The notes beneath the pieces are model-generated. The model was not told the origin of the DNA. It saw nothing but the letters and a program-made list of their open reading frames with translations, and ran no database searches. Positions 38,780 to 52,864 of a stretch of 64,000 nucleotides of DNA are shown in pieces. Source of the stretch: Octopus vulgaris (Eukaryota); NCBI GenBank assembly GCA_951406725.2, contig OX597839.1:18600001-18664000 (forward strand), given 5' to 3'. Every line of letters begins with the position of its first letter. Position 1 is the first letter of the stretch. The position numbers and the translations under genes were made by a program.

Positions 38780-40187
38780 GGCAGGTGTGGCTAAGCATGG
38801 CTAGGTGTGGTTAGGTATGGCTAGGTGTGGGTAGGTGTGGCTTGGCATGGCTAGGTGTGTTTAGGTAGGTGTGGCTTAGCATGGCTAGGTGTGGGTAGGT
38901 GTGGCTTGGCATGGCTAGGTGTGTTTAAGTATGGCTAGGTGTGTCTTGGCATGGGTTAGGCATGGCTAGGTGTGGTTAGATATGGGTAGGTGTGGCTTAA
39001 CATGGATAAGTATTGGCTAGGTGTGGTTTGGAATGGTTAGGTGTGACTTGCATTGGGTAGGTATGGCTTGGCATGGCTAGGTGTGGGTAGGTGTGGCTTG
39101 GCATGGGCTAGGCATGGCTAGGTGTGGCTTAGCATGGCTAGGTGTGGTTAGGTATGGCTAGGTGTGGGTAGGTGTGGCTAGGTGTGGCTTGGCATGGGTT
39201 AGGCATGGCTAGGTGTGGCTTGGCATGGCTAGGTGTGGTTAGGTGTGGCTTGGCATGGGTAGGTATGGCTTGGCATGGCTAGGTGTGGTTAGGTATGGCT
39301 AGGTGTGACTTGGCATGGCTACGTATGGCTAGGTGTGGTTAAGCATGGCTAGGTGTGGTTAGGTATGGCTAGGTGTGGGTAGGTGTGGCTTGGCATGGCT
39401 AGGTGTGGTTAGGTATGGCTAGGTGTGGGTAAGTGTGGCTTGGCATGGCTAGGTATGATTAGGTATGGCTTGGCATGGCTAGGTGTGGTTAGATATGGCT
39501 AGGTGTGGCTTGGCATGGGCTAGGTGTGGCTTGGCATGGCTAGGTGTGGTTAGGTATGGCTAGGTGTGGCTTGGCATGGGTAGGTATGGCTAGGTGTGGC
39601 TTGGCATGGGTTAGGCATGGTTAGGTGTAGCTTGGCATGGCTAGGTGTGTGTAGGTGTAGCTAGGGTAGGTATGGCTAGGTGTGGCTTGGCATGGCTAGG
39701 TTGGTTTGGCATGGTTAGGTGTAGCTTGGCATGGCTAGGTGTAGCTAGGGTAGGTATGGCTAGGTGTAGCTTGGCATAGTTAGGTGTAGCTTGGCATGGC
39801 TAGGTGTGGCTAAGCATGGCTAGGTGTGGCTTGGCATGGCTAGGTGTGGTTTGGCATGGTTAAGTGTAGCTTGGCATGGCTAGGTGTGTGTAGGTGTGGC
39901 TTGGCATGGCTAGGTGTGGCTTGGCATGGCTAGGTGTGGCTTGGCATGGTTAGGTGTAGCTTGGCATGGCTAGGTGTGTGTAGGTGTGGCTTGGCATGGC
40001 TAGGTGTGTGTAGGTGTGGCTTGGCATGGCTAGGTGTGGTTTGGAATGGCTAGGTGTGGTTCGGTGTAGCTAGGTGTGGCTTGGCATGGGTAGGTATGGC
40101 CAGGTGTGGTTAAGCAAGGCTTGGCAAGACTAGGCATAGTTTGGTGTAGCTTGGCATGGTTAGGTGTCACTTGGTGTGGCTTGGCAT
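38780..40187. repeat. GG-rich satellite, 10-bp unit (GGCATGGCTA / GGTGTGGCTT) with 5-bp sub-period
   Basis: Direct reading; a short sister tract lies at 40693-40783. Confidence 0.95.
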
Positions 40188-41101
40188 AAACATCATGTTG
40201 TATGGTATTTGCTATACCTGCATTTGTCTATTTTGTTCAAGTACATGCTATTAGCCATGGCTACTCTGAGTTATTTCCCTTACGTCATTGTTTAAATTAT
40301 GCAAATTATCAAGGCTATAAATCTATTGTTTTTTTTTTATATATATCTAAGTCCTTTGGCTGCTTGAGGTAAGGTTGGACCAATGTCCTCCTAATGATGA
40401 CTGTTGAGCCTGAAACACCTGTCCACATTCGTCCTTTTATCTCCAGCCAATAATCTTGTCCCTGTACATAAAGGTGTCTCAGCTTCAGAGAGTTTTTAAT
40501 TCTTGAGATTGTTTCATCTTCTCATATGAAGCTGGTCAAGAGAATGGCACATTCTTGAGAAGCAGAAGCAATTTCAATCAATCAAGAATATATATTTGTA
40601 TGGAAAATGATACATCTATAGACAATGATACCTCGCTGTACAAGTTTAATTCATTATATGACCAAGCTTGTCTTATATTCTTTGAGTAATTTAGGCAGGT
40701 GTGGCTTGGAATGGCTAGGTGTGGCTAAGCATGGCTAGGTGTGGCTTGGCATGGGTTAAGCATGGCTAGATGTGGTTTGGCATTAGTTTTCCCCATTGAA
40801 ATTATCTAAAATATAATTAATTTGTTCCAGCAACCACCCCCACCAAACCACTCAAAAATAAATTTTTAAGGGTTTTAAAAGAGAAAAGGTGTAGTTAGAA
40901 GTAAAATGACAATTATAAAAAAGACAATGCAAAACAAATAAATATGTAAACTGGTTTTATTAACTGAATTCCCTTAAAGATGGGGCGATTTCTTTACTTG
41001 TGCTGTGGATTTCCACTCCTGCTTCATGACAAAAATTCACGAGTCTCAGCTTGTGCAGCAAATTACTGGTACAATGGGGCACTTGTACTGCCAGGTTCTA
41101 C

Positions 41102-41135
<34 letters not shown>

Positions 41136-41296
41136 GGCGCAGGCGTGGCTGTGTGGTACAAAGCTTGCTTCCCACCCACATGGTTCTGGGTTCAGTATCA
41201 CTGCATGGAACCTTGGGCAAGTGTCTTCTACTGTTGCCTCAGGCTGACCAAAGCCTTGTGAATGGATTTGGTAGATGGAATCTGAAAGAAGCCCGT

Positions 41297-41339
<43 letters not shown>

Positions 41340-43472
41340 TGTATTTGTCTATGTTGTTCAAATACCTACTTCTGGCAACTGAGTTATTTCTCTAAGCTAA
41401 TTTTCGTTTAAATTACAAAAGGTAAGCAATAAGTCTCTATATTTTTAAAAACAATTACCTTTAAATACATTAAAAAAAAAAAACTTTCCTTTTAACTTTT
41501 CCATTGAATTTACCTCCAATTTTTTTTCTTATCGAATACCAGTTCATCACGAAATCAAAATAATTGTAAACTACTGTTTTAGGGTCTAAAATGATGACAT
41601 CAAACCTCTGGTAATATTTCATTGACCCCCAGCAGGATGAAGGGCTAAGTAATGACAAACAGGATTTGAACTTGGACAGCAGATTTTATTCTTTCCTTAA
41701 TTAGTGATTTGCATTTCTGTTTTAAGAAACCTACTCAAATTTAATTATTATATTATATCTGTATTTATTATATTTTGTAATTTTCTTATTTTCTTTTTGT
41801 TGGCTTGTCAAATAAATTCATCTTTTTTTTTCTTCTTTTTAATCTTTATAATCCTTGTGAATAGATTTGGTAGACAGGAACTAAAATAAGCCCATCATTT
41901 ATACATATATTGTGTGTGTATATATATATATATATATCTGTCTTTGTGTCTGTCTGTCCCCACCATTGCTTGACAACTGGTATTGGTGTTTTTATGTTCC
42001 CATAACCTAACGGTTCGACAAAAGAAACTCCCAGAATAAGTACTAGGCTTGCAAAGAATAATTCCTAGGGTTGATTTGTTTGATGACTAAGGGCAGTGCT
42101 CCGGCATGGCCACAGTCGAATGAGTGAAACAAGTAAAAGATAACCTAATATATATATATATATATATAAAAGGTTGTCAGATAAATTCTCTTCCTCATTT
42201 TCGTTGGATAGTTGCACTGAGAGGGAACATGTGGAAGACGTAAGACAAAGTGGGGAGAAAGGATCTACAGGTGTTGGGACACATAGAGTGGGGTGACGGG
42301 ACCAAGACTCATAGTGGCTTGCTGTGCTTGAAAAGACATGTCTAGCTAAGTAAAAGTGTTGTTGCCCTTGCATATAGGCTCATCCCATGTAACCCACTCC
42401 ATCAACCCCTCTCCATGCCACTGGTGTTATTCAAGTGAAACATGAAGGCTGATACAACTTGGCACCAGTGATGCTGAAACTCATTTTTGCCGGCTGAGTG
42501 GACTGGAGCAACATGAAATAAAGTGTCTTGCTTAAGAACACAATACACAGCCCGGTCCAGGAATTGAAACCACAATCTAGAAGCCATGAGTGCAACATCC
42601 TAACCATTAGCTAAGTGGACTGGAGCAACATGGAATGAAGTGTTTTACACAATAATACAATGCACTGCCCAGTCCAGGAATTGAAACCACAATCTAGAAG
42701 TCATGAGTGCAACATCCTAACCATTAGCTGAGTGAACTGGAGCAACATGAAATAAAGTGTCTTGCTTAAGAACACAATACACAGCCCGGTTCAGGAATTG
42801 AACTTACAACCTTACAATTGCATACCTGATGCTCCAACCGCTGATCCATGTGCCTTTAACCCAATATATATATATATATATACACAGCCAATGACTCTCT
42901 TACAATGACTGACTGCCTGACTTTATAGTGGCTGAGTCATACCACTTGTTATGTGGAAAGGGGAGTACCATTTGCACTGCAATATTATTTATTCACATAG
43001 TTTAGAATTGATCATGCATTATCTCATAGCCTTGAGTTTTCAATGTTGTGATTGTTTACTTTTAAAATGACATTGTCAGGTAGGATCTGGCCAGTTTGAA
43101 CGTAAGACAGGTAGAATATTAGAGCAAGATATTGCTGATTTAAATACTAAAAGGTTAATCCTTTAGAATCCAGATTATCAAATGTAATGCTTATTTATTC
43201 ACATTGTTTTGAATTAATCATGCATTATCTCATAGCTTCAAGATTCCAATGATGTGATTGTCTTTAGAATGGCATTGTAAGGTGGGTGTGAGAGGTTGAA
43301 TCTGATTGGTTTGAACATAGAGTAGGGAATATTTTGGTCGAATATGACTGGTTCAAATGGTAAAGGGTTAAAATGAATGAAATAGATAGGAAAAAGAAAA
43401 ATGAATGAATTTATTTGACAGCCTGGTAATCATTGTTTTGTTTTTATTTTTCTTTTCTTTCTTTCTATTCAG

Positions 43473-43487
43473 AATATTGTTGATTAA
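43473..43487 (+). CDS. Candidate alternative terminal exon of the EPS15-like gene (NIVD*)
   Basis: Very strong polypyrimidine tract ttttcttttctttctttctattcag|AATATTGTTGATTAA, phase 0. Confidence 0.45.
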   Translation, partial: NIVD

Positions 43488-44148
43488 CAAAAACAACATA
43501 AACAAAAAAAAAATAACAAAAATCAAAACTGGTACAGAAACCAATTAATTTAAAATAAGACTTCAAACATGCTTAAACTGCTGTAAGTAATAATGGTAGC
43601 ATGTGGACTTTGTGGGACTTTTTGTGGTTGTTGGTGATATCTTCAGACAGCTGGTTGCCTTGGTTACATATATTGGGTGAGAAAATAATTCTTTCTACTT
43701 TAGCCACAAGGTCTAAAATTGTTGAGGGGAGGGAGTTAGTCAAGTTACATTGACCCCAGTGCTCAACTAGTCCCTTGTTTTTGTTGTCCTTCAAAGAGTG
43801 ACAGGGAAATTCAACCCCTGTGGAATCTGATCTCAGAATGTCAAGACGGACAAAATTTCGTCTGGTGAGTTAAGAATTCTACCAGATTTGGCATCTGTAT
43901 ATTCATGATGTTGGTCTCAGATTTTGGCCCAAGGGCAGCAATTTTGGAGGAGAGCAGGGAGTAAGTCAACTACATTGATCCCAGTGCTCAACTCACGTTC
44001 CTATTTTATTGCCCCTCCCCCCACCACTTCCAAAGGAGGGAAAACAAAATCACTTTCAGTAGAATTTGAACTTAGAACATAAAGGGATGGATGAAATGCT
44101 GTTAAGCATTTTGTCTGGCATGCTAATGGTTCTGCCAGCTCATCACCT

Positions 44149-44180
<32 letters not shown>

Positions 44181-44504
44181 GCCTTGGGCCGACCAAAGCA
44201 TTGTGGGTGGATTTGGTAGACAGAAACTGATAGAAGCCCTTCTATATTTTAGAGATGAGGAATTATGTACATTTTTTTTTTTTTTTTGTACTTGTTTCAG
44301 TCATTTGACTGCGGCCATGCTGGAGCACCGCCTTTAGAGTGGTGAAAGAGTACAGCAGGGATCACCACCTCCTGCCGGAGCCTCGTGGAGCTTTTAGGTG
44401 TTTTCGCTCAATAAACACACACAACGCCCGGTCTGGGAATCGAAACCACGATCCTCCGACCGCAAGACCGCTGCCCTAACCACTAGGCCATTGCGCCTCC
44501 ACGT

Positions 44505-44730
44505 TATTTGCATTCGATGGATATTTGTCCTCATCTTGTTTTTTGTTAACACAACGTTTTGGCTGATATACCCTCCAGCCTTCATCAGGTGTCTTGGGGA
44601 AATTTCGAACCTGGGTTCTCATTCCTAAGGTATTTTTCAATGTTATTATTATTATTATTCAAGTCACTGCCTGAAATCGAACTTGGAATCTTGGGGTTAG
44701 TAGACCACACTGTTAACCACTATGCCATAA
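44505..44730 (-). mobile_element. Solo Poseidon-like pLTR with minimal hammerhead motif (44549-44593)
   Basis: Minus strand ACAC-CTGATGA-AGGCTG..CAGCC-AAAA-CG-TT-GTGT; homologous to 35545-35760. GAAA reads AAAA, consistent with CpG decay. Confidence 0.7.
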
Positions 44731-46726
44731 ATGTAAATAATGAAAGAAGCCCAATGTGTATATATATATATATGTATGTAATTTTTATATGAAATTAGGA
44801 TAAAATCATTATTTAATGATTTATCAGTGGCCAACTTACTTAAAATACCATAATGGTTAATTTATATTAAAATTATAATAAGGGTGCTGAATGGTTACAA
44901 CACCAGTCTTATTTTATAAATCCTCACTGTCTATTTTCCTTGCCTACACCCTTATGTAGTGGAGTAATAATCTAAGTGGTTCATAGACCATTTGGGGTCT
45001 ATTTCTAGTGTGTTTGTGTATCAGTGTTTGTACCCCCACCATCACTTGACAACCGATGTTGGTGTGTTTATATCCCTGTAACTTCGTGGTTTGGCAAAAG
45101 AGACCAATAGAATAAGTGCTAGGCTTACAAAGAATAAGTACTTGGGTCTATTTGTTTGACTTAAGATGGTACTCCTGCATGGCCACAGTCAAATGACTGA
45201 AACAAATAAAAGAATATATATATATATACACACACGATGGGCTTCTTTCAGTTTCTGTCTTTCAAATCCACTCACAAGGTTTTGGGTCAGCCTGAGGCTA
45301 TAGTAGAAGACACTTGCCCAAGGTGCCACACGTTGTTGTTTTTTTTAACTGCAATTCCTCTCTCTGGTTCATCAGTCTCAAAATAAACAGCCACATTATT
45401 GAAATTTGAAGGTAACAAGGTAATGTAGGATTGATTTTAAAAAACTCTGAAAGAAATGAATTAGAGAAGATATAAGGGAATTACAAAAGAGCTTTGTTAA
45501 ATATTGTATTCCTTTATTTTTCGAAATATGTAGGTAAAAAAAAATAAATTTTTTTTCGTTTGGTTACACCCTCGGCTGTATTGAACTACCGGTCCCTCAC
45601 TTTAAATGTTAAGAAAAATGAGATACTTAAATTTCTTTTTTTGCAGAAAATGAAAATAGGTTTAAATAACTTATTTTAACTTACATATTGTAACAGGTTT
45701 GGTAGCCTTGTGGTTAAAGGTGTTGGTAAATTGTTACCTCATATAAAGGCAGAGGTTCAGTTCGTTGCAGGATTTTATTAAATAATATTTTTTTTAAATA
45801 ATGTAAAAAAAAAAAAAAATTATATAAAAGCTTCTCTCCTACCCCCAGACAGTCTTGAACCCTGGACCAGGATGTTCAGTATCTCCTATCCTATCCCACT
45901 ACCTATCTATGTCTCCCCAATAAGTGATGTTTAAATAAGATACTTAAACCTATTCTAGATCAATGATTAAAATAGATTTAAATATTTAATTTTCAACAGG
46001 TATATCATAGCTGCTCTGGTGGCCTTGTGGGCAAAGGTGTTGGTAAATAGTAATGAATGTAGGGTGGAGGTTTCAATTTCTTTTAGTGGATTGTAAAGGC
46101 TGCTTAAATTTCTTTTTTTTAATTTTTTTTTTTTTATTTTCATTTGTTGGTAAATAGTAAATGCAAGGTGGAGGTTTCAATTTCTTTTAGGGGATTGTAA
46201 AGACTGCTTAAATTTTTTTTTATCTACAAGACTACCAGAAATTAAATAACTTTTTTATTATATATTTTCATTTATTTTATTTCAATTCATTACCTGTATG
46301 GGTATAACTATTGCTCTTTAGTGCTGTTTTGATTATATTGTTTGGGCTTTCTCCTTCTGATACATGACATCATCTCAAAAACGGTTTCAATTCTCAGCTT
46401 CTCCAGTTTCAAGACATCTTTTTACTGTAATTGTCTGCAGTTTCCTCCTGTATATATTGAAAGAGAGAGAGAGAAAATTAGAGTGGAAGAAAGAGAGAGA
46501 GAGAGAGCGGTTACTCTTTTACTTGTTTCAGTCATTTGACTGTGGCCATGCTGGAGCACCGCCTTTTAGTTGAGTAAATCAACCCCAGGACTTATTCTTT
46601 GTAAGCCTAGTACTTATTCTATCGGTTTCTTTTGCCGAACCGCTATGTTAGGGGGACGTAAACACACCAGCATCGGTTGTCGAGTGATGGTGGGTGGGGA
46701 CAAACACAGACACTCAAACACACACA

Positions 46727-46784
<58 letters not shown>

Positions 46785-47155
46785 TATATATGACAGGCTT
46801 CTTTCAGTTTCTGTCTACCACATCCACTCACAAGGCTTTGGTCGGCCTGAGGCTATAGTAGAAGACACTTGCCCAAGGTTCCACACAGTGGGACTGAACC
46901 CGGAACCATGTGGTTCGTAAGCAAGCCACTTATCACACAGCCACTCTATAGATTTGTGAGTGAATATACATACCTGCACACACTTGTCCTGTGATACAAA
47001 TTTTCTATATTTAAATTAAAAACTCTTTCTTCAAAATTCCGTATTAATTTATGTTCCAACCATCAGCTTAATTCTGGCAAAATTATTTCACTAACTTCAC
47101 TATTTTAAAAATTAACTGAAACGAAGCCAGAGTCTTTCGAAAGAAATCTAAGAAG

Positions 47156-47529
47156 GGTACTAGTAGCGTAGACTGGACCCGGTTTGCGCAGATGCGCAGA
47201 CGCGCGAGCAAGACATAGGCAGTCGATCCTACGAGCTGACTGGCGCATGCACGATATATACGATATATACTTGTATCGATATATACTTGTATACGATATA
47301 TACTTGTATATATACGATATATACTTGTATCGCACGTCCCCCCATTCACGCGTGCGAATCGGGAACGTGCGATACAAGTATATATCGTATATATACAAGT
47401 ATATATTGTATACAAGTATATATCGTGCATGCGCCAGTCAGCTTGTAGGATTGACTGCCTACGTCTGGCTAGCGCAGACGCGCGTCTGCGCATGTGCGCA
47501 AACCGGGTCCAGTCTACGCTACTAGTACC
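47156..47529. mobile_element. Foldback/MULE-like MITE with long TIRs and 9-bp TSD
   Basis: Begins GGTACTAGTAGCGTAGACTGGACCCGG and ends with its reverse complement. TSD TCTAAGAAG at 47147-47155 and 47530-47538. Internal CGATATATACTTGTAT subrepeats. Confidence 0.9.
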
Positions 47530-47858
47530 TCTAAGAAGAAGGTTAAACCCTTGTTCTCTAGCATAATGGCAACTCTCCTTCCATCACGGTTTGTAGTCTT
47601 GTGAGCTACAGAGTGATCTCAATGGTGTTGATGGCACAGTAACAGCACCCAGTACACTCTGTAGAGTGGTTGGCATTAGGGAGGGTATTGAGCCATAGAA
47701 ATCATGCCAACGTAGACTGGACCTTTAGGATCTTGTGAATTTGTTCAACCCTTGGCAGTATGAAACATGGATGTTAAGTGATAATGAGGATGAAAAATTC
47801 TGTATTTTTTTGCTTTATTTATATTTTTTCCAGCTTTTATATTATATATATATATGTA

Positions 47859-47907
<49 letters not shown>

Positions 47908-47912
<5 letters not shown>

Positions 47913-48113
47913 ATTCGCTAGCTTCTGCACGCATTTTTTTCTCTCCTTGTTTCTTTCTGTGTTTCTTTTCTGTGTATCTTTCTGTTGAAGAGCGTAGGCT
48001 CGAAACGTAAAAGACTTGTTTTATTTATATTCCTGAGCGCCATACTAATACAATTGTTTGTTTATATTCCACCTGCCTTCGTCTTTTGTTTATTTTCATA
48101 AAGCTTCCCGTTA
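47908..48113 (+). mobile_element. PLE pLTR-like fragment with hammerhead-like motif
   Basis: TTGAAGAGC-GTAG-GCTC-GAAA-CG-TA at 47985-48009, flanked by (TA)n. Confidence 0.55.
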
Positions 48114-48125
48114 TATATATATATT

Positions 48126-48159
<34 letters not shown>

Positions 48160-48164
48160 TATAT

Positions 48165-48505
48165 TATAGGGGTATCAAGCTGTTGGATCAGGTAATGAAG
48201 GTTACGGAGAGGAACATAGCCCAAATAATTAGAGAGAGAGTTAGTTTAGATGAGATGCAGTTTGGGTTCGTGCCAGGGAAAAGTACTACTGATGCTATAT
48301 TCCTGGTAAGGCAGCTGCAGGAGAAATACCTAGCCAAAGATAAGCCCCTGTAACTGGCTTTTGTTGACATGGAGAAAGCCTTCGACAGGGTCCCCCGTTC
48401 CCTTATCTGGTGGTCAATGAGGAAACTAGGGATAGATGAATGGTTATAGTGAGAGCTGTGCGAGCCATGTACAGGGACACTGCTAGTAAGGTGAGGGTTG
48501 GCAAT
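48165..48505 (+). mobile_element. RTE-type LINE reverse transcriptase fragment
   Basis: YRGIKLL..MKV.ER...EMQFGFVPGKSTTDAIFLVRQLQEKY...*LAFVDMEKAFDRVPR, with an internal stop and a frameshift. Confidence 0.9.
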
Positions 48506-48581
48506 ATGTGTTTGTGTGTCTGTATGTTGTATATTATTTAATATTATATATTTTTTTTTCCGTGTCTTTCTGTGTTTGCAG

Positions 48582-48629
48582 TTTGGTGAGGAAACATCAG
48601 CAGCATCAGCCTGGAATCTGGGCCAGTGA
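48582..48629 (+). CDS. EPS15L1: Probable terminal coding exon of the EPS15-like gene (FGEETSAASAWNLGQ*)
   Basis: ctttctgtgtttgcag|TTTGGTGAG..., phase 0. Starts FG-acidic like the vertebrate post-FADF exon and is followed by long UTR-like low-complexity sequence. Confidence 0.6.
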   Translation, partial: FGEETSAASAWNLGQ

Positions 48630-49814
48630 CCAAAAGAAGCACCATAACTGTTTTGACCACTGATTCAGCTACGATAACAACAATAACAACAAATACAACA
48701 ACAGCAGCAGCAGCAGAAACAGTAGTAATATTAGCAGCAGCAGCAGCAGCAAGCCATTTGTTTTGAAGACAACCCCCCCCCAAAAAAAAAAAAACCCCAA
48801 CACAAACAAAAAAGAAAAATATTAAAACAAATGTTAAACAAAACGAAAAAGAAACACTTCCTCCTCTGCCTCTTCTTTTCTCTCCTCCTCCTCTTTTTCT
48901 CCACCACCTTCACCAACAACATCCTTACAACTGTTATTACTTGGGTTTTGTGGGGTCTAATTTTCTGTTTGTTATTATTTTTGTGTGTGTGTTGTGCTTT
49001 CTGTTATTTGTTATTGTTTCTGTTTCACCAGACATTTATGTACATACTACAATAACTACAATAACTATAATAATAATAATAATAATAATAATAAATTGCA
49101 CAAAAATAGTAATTATATAAAGGGTGATACACAAATACCGACCTACCTTCATAGATGCCTACAACCAACAACAAAAAGAACTTAGAACCATCAGCCTCAC
49201 TCTTGTAGTAAAATCCGTTGGTTTTTCAGTTAATTCCTTCCTTTCTTCTGTCGTATTTTTTGGCCTTAGTTCCTTACTTGGTCCTTCGGCCCCATCGCTG
49301 CGGCTCTGTTGATCTTATTCGCACGAAATATTCCTTGCAATTGGTTTTTTTTTTTCTTAATTTTTTTTTTTTCATGAGATGAGTTCAAGGGAAGAAATTA
49401 CGTTCATTCTTTTTTTTCGTTCGTCTCCTCCTCCTCCTCCTGTTCCTCTCGCCTCGCCGCATCTCCCACCATGAATCCTAGTCTCTGTGTAAACAACCAA
49501 AAAGAAAGAAAAAAAAAAAACGGAAATACAAACAAATAAAGAAACACCCTGGCGGTCCCCTGTTGAAATCCTTCCCATTATTCATCCTCTTGTCCTCCAA
49601 TCACCACCACCACCACTTCAGTGAGTTTTATGTTCTGTTTTCACATGGTTTTTCATGTCTACATGTGGGCTTAAATGCATACATGCACACACACACATAT
49701 ATATATATAGATATCTATGTCTGTATTATGTAATATAGTATAATGTGTGTGAGTGTGTGCATATAGAGTATAAAATGCATATAGTTTATTATGTAAAAAG
49801 CGTATATTATGTTT

Positions 49815-49849
<35 letters not shown>

Positions 49850-50057
49850 GTATGTATACACACACACACATGTAGCTTACTGTAAAAAATATATATGATA
49901 ATAATATATATATGCATGTGTGTGAGTGTATATATATATATATATATATATATATGGATATGTGTATGTGTGTGTATATATATATATATGCATATGTGTA
50001 TGTATATATATATGCATATGTATGTATATATCTGCATATGTATATATATATATATGC

Positions 50058-50089
<32 letters not shown>

Positions 50090-50119
50090 GCATATGTGTA
50101 TATATATATATATATATGC

Positions 50120-50171
<52 letters not shown>

Positions 50172-50870
50172 ATATATGTGTGTGTGTCCGTGTGTATGTA
50201 GTATATTATTTAATACATAGTATATTACTCTTGTTCCTGTCCCAGCCAGGGGCCGTGGCCAAGCTGGGGCCCCTGCCATTTGGTAGCACAAACATATATT
50301 ATTACATAATATATAATAAACACAAACCCATGCATGCCTGCATGTGTATGTACATATAGAAAATTCAGTGCAGAAATATTTCACAAAACCAACACACACA
50401 CACACACACACATATATGTGCACATATATATGAAGTAAAATATAAAAAGCAGGAAAAAAAATCCATTAAATAAAAGAACTACAGTTATATGTAAATCACT
50501 ATGAGATTTTTACCTTGTTTTTGTTTTGTCCATTTGTTTTTTTTTTTTTTATAATTCTTTTGTTTAAATTTATTATTTTCTTTTTAATGTGGTTTGTATT
50601 GTAAAGTGGTGAGTTGTGAGAAACGTTAGCATGCTGGGTGAAATACTTAGCAGTATTTCATCTGTCTTTACATCCGGAGTTCAAATTCCCCCCCGAGGTT
50701 GACTTTGCCTTTCATCCTTTCGGCGTTGAAAAATTAAGTACCAGTCAAGTACTGGGGTCGATCTAATCGACTGGTCCCCTCCCCTGAAATTTCTGGCCTT
50801 GTGCCTCGAGTAGAAAAGAATATAGCTTAAGTTTTGTACATGCATGTATATATGTATGTGTATACAAATG

Positions 50871-50911
<41 letters not shown>

Positions 50912-51212
50912 CTGTGTATTTGATGTTTTGTTGTCAATTTATGTCCTCTTTTCCATGCTGGCATGGGTTGGATGGGACATTTTCAAGGCAGTGATTCTAT
51001 GGCTGGATTCCATTTTTAAACACCTTAAGCCTTTTATTCCCTTCTTACAACACACAGTAACACTGTCTACAGATTCTGATTTATATATCTGTTTATCTGT
51101 CTGTCTATCTATATGTCTGCTATCCCTTTTTTTTTTCTATCTGTGTGTGTATATATAATGTATATACACAAACACATACATACACCCAAACATATACACA
51201 CACCCACACTTA

Positions 51213-51258
<46 letters not shown>

Positions 51259-51664
51259 TGTAAGCAGCTAGCTGCAATACAAAGCCATATAGGAAAAATT
51301 TAGTCAACACTAATTGTGACTGCAGGTGCTTTTAGTACCCAGAGTCACAATTAGTGACGACTTTAAATATATATATGTATGTATATACTGAAGTCAGTGG
51401 GCAAACGAAATTAAGTGGCACTCAGCTCATTTGGTAGGAGTTATATTTATTATTTGATAACAGTTTGATTTAGCTGCATGCATATATATTAACCATAAGG
51501 ACACAGGGTTTCTACTTGCTAGAAATAAGAGTCAAAACTTATTTTCTTTAGGCCTGCAACCACCTATATTAGTGTTTCTGTTATTATCAACTATTTATAT
51601 TGTCTTCGATAATAACAGCAATATTAATATCTTATAATATTCACTTCCGAATATTTTATTGGTG

Positions 51665-51710
<46 letters not shown>

Positions 51711-51715
<5 letters not shown>

Positions 51716-51905
51716 GGTCCCGGGTTGAGTCGGGGTTAACCACAGTAAATAAGGTACTCAATACATAGCAGAGTAAATTAATTTATTTTATAGAAGGACT
51801 TCTACAGGACTAGAACTGTTTCATTCAAGTGAAATCATCAGGATGATTTCTTTAATATAATGAAACAGTTCTAGTCCTGTAGAAGCTCCTTCTATAAAAT
51901 AAATA
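51711..51905 (-). mobile_element. Second copy of the palindromic pLTR-like insert, with canonical CTGATGA...GAAAC core
   Basis: Reverse complement of 6059-6262; the minus strand reads CCTGATGATTTCACTTGAATGAAACAGTTC. Confidence 0.7.
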
Positions 51906-52246
51906 TATATATATATATATGTATATATATCTGAGTGTCCACTCTATATGCATGATTATTGAATATGATGTCCACTCCAGCCAAGGAGGCCCTTTGATCT
52001 AAGATGTTGCCATGTTAATCATCATCTTACACACACACACACACATCCACACGAAATGTGCTTCTTTGAAAGGATGAAAAAAAATAGTAACTTGGAAGGC
52101 TAATGTATGAAATATAAGTTGCTCTGGTTGGAAGGATCCAGCCGTTATGCAGGAAGCCTGAACAGGGGTGCAATGTAAAGCAGTGTGAAATGGAATGGAT
52201 TTATGGAACATTGAAACTATGCTTCTATGTCTACTTGCTGCCATTC

Positions 52247-52285
<39 letters not shown>

Positions 52286-52468
52286 GTATTTGATGTCCCA
52301 CTTCGTTTTTGTTCTTTTTGCTGTATATGAATATACCTTAGCTGTATTTGCATGAAAAATACTGCAGTTATGAGCTGTAAGAAAAATATAATGTTCACTT
52401 GGATGGTTATTTATGTATATGTGCGTGCGTGGTTTTATATATATATACTTTATTTAAAAGCAGCAGAA

Positions 52469-52519
<51 letters not shown>

Positions 52520-52529
52520 CATTTATATA

Positions 52530-52583
<54 letters not shown>

Positions 52584-52864
52584 TATACATACATATATGC
52601 ATATGTGTACACACGCATGGACAGATATACATACATACATGTGTGTGTACATGTATTTGTCTCTGTGTTATAATTGTAGTTATTTGTGTGTGTGTGTGTA
52701 TGTGTGGAATATAAACACTTCAGAAATCTCAATACATGCAGACATTACATATTCAATTTATCTCTGGCCCCAAGAACTATTCAATGGTGCCCCTGAATTC
52801 ATCAATCAGTACATCTCTACGGAAAGACATGTCAGTATTAGTGGCTAACTAAGCTCCAGAAATG

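Noticed and set aside
38780-40187. Interstitial telomere repeat
   Set aside because: The unit is 5/10 bp (GGCTA/GGTGT), not TTAGGG.
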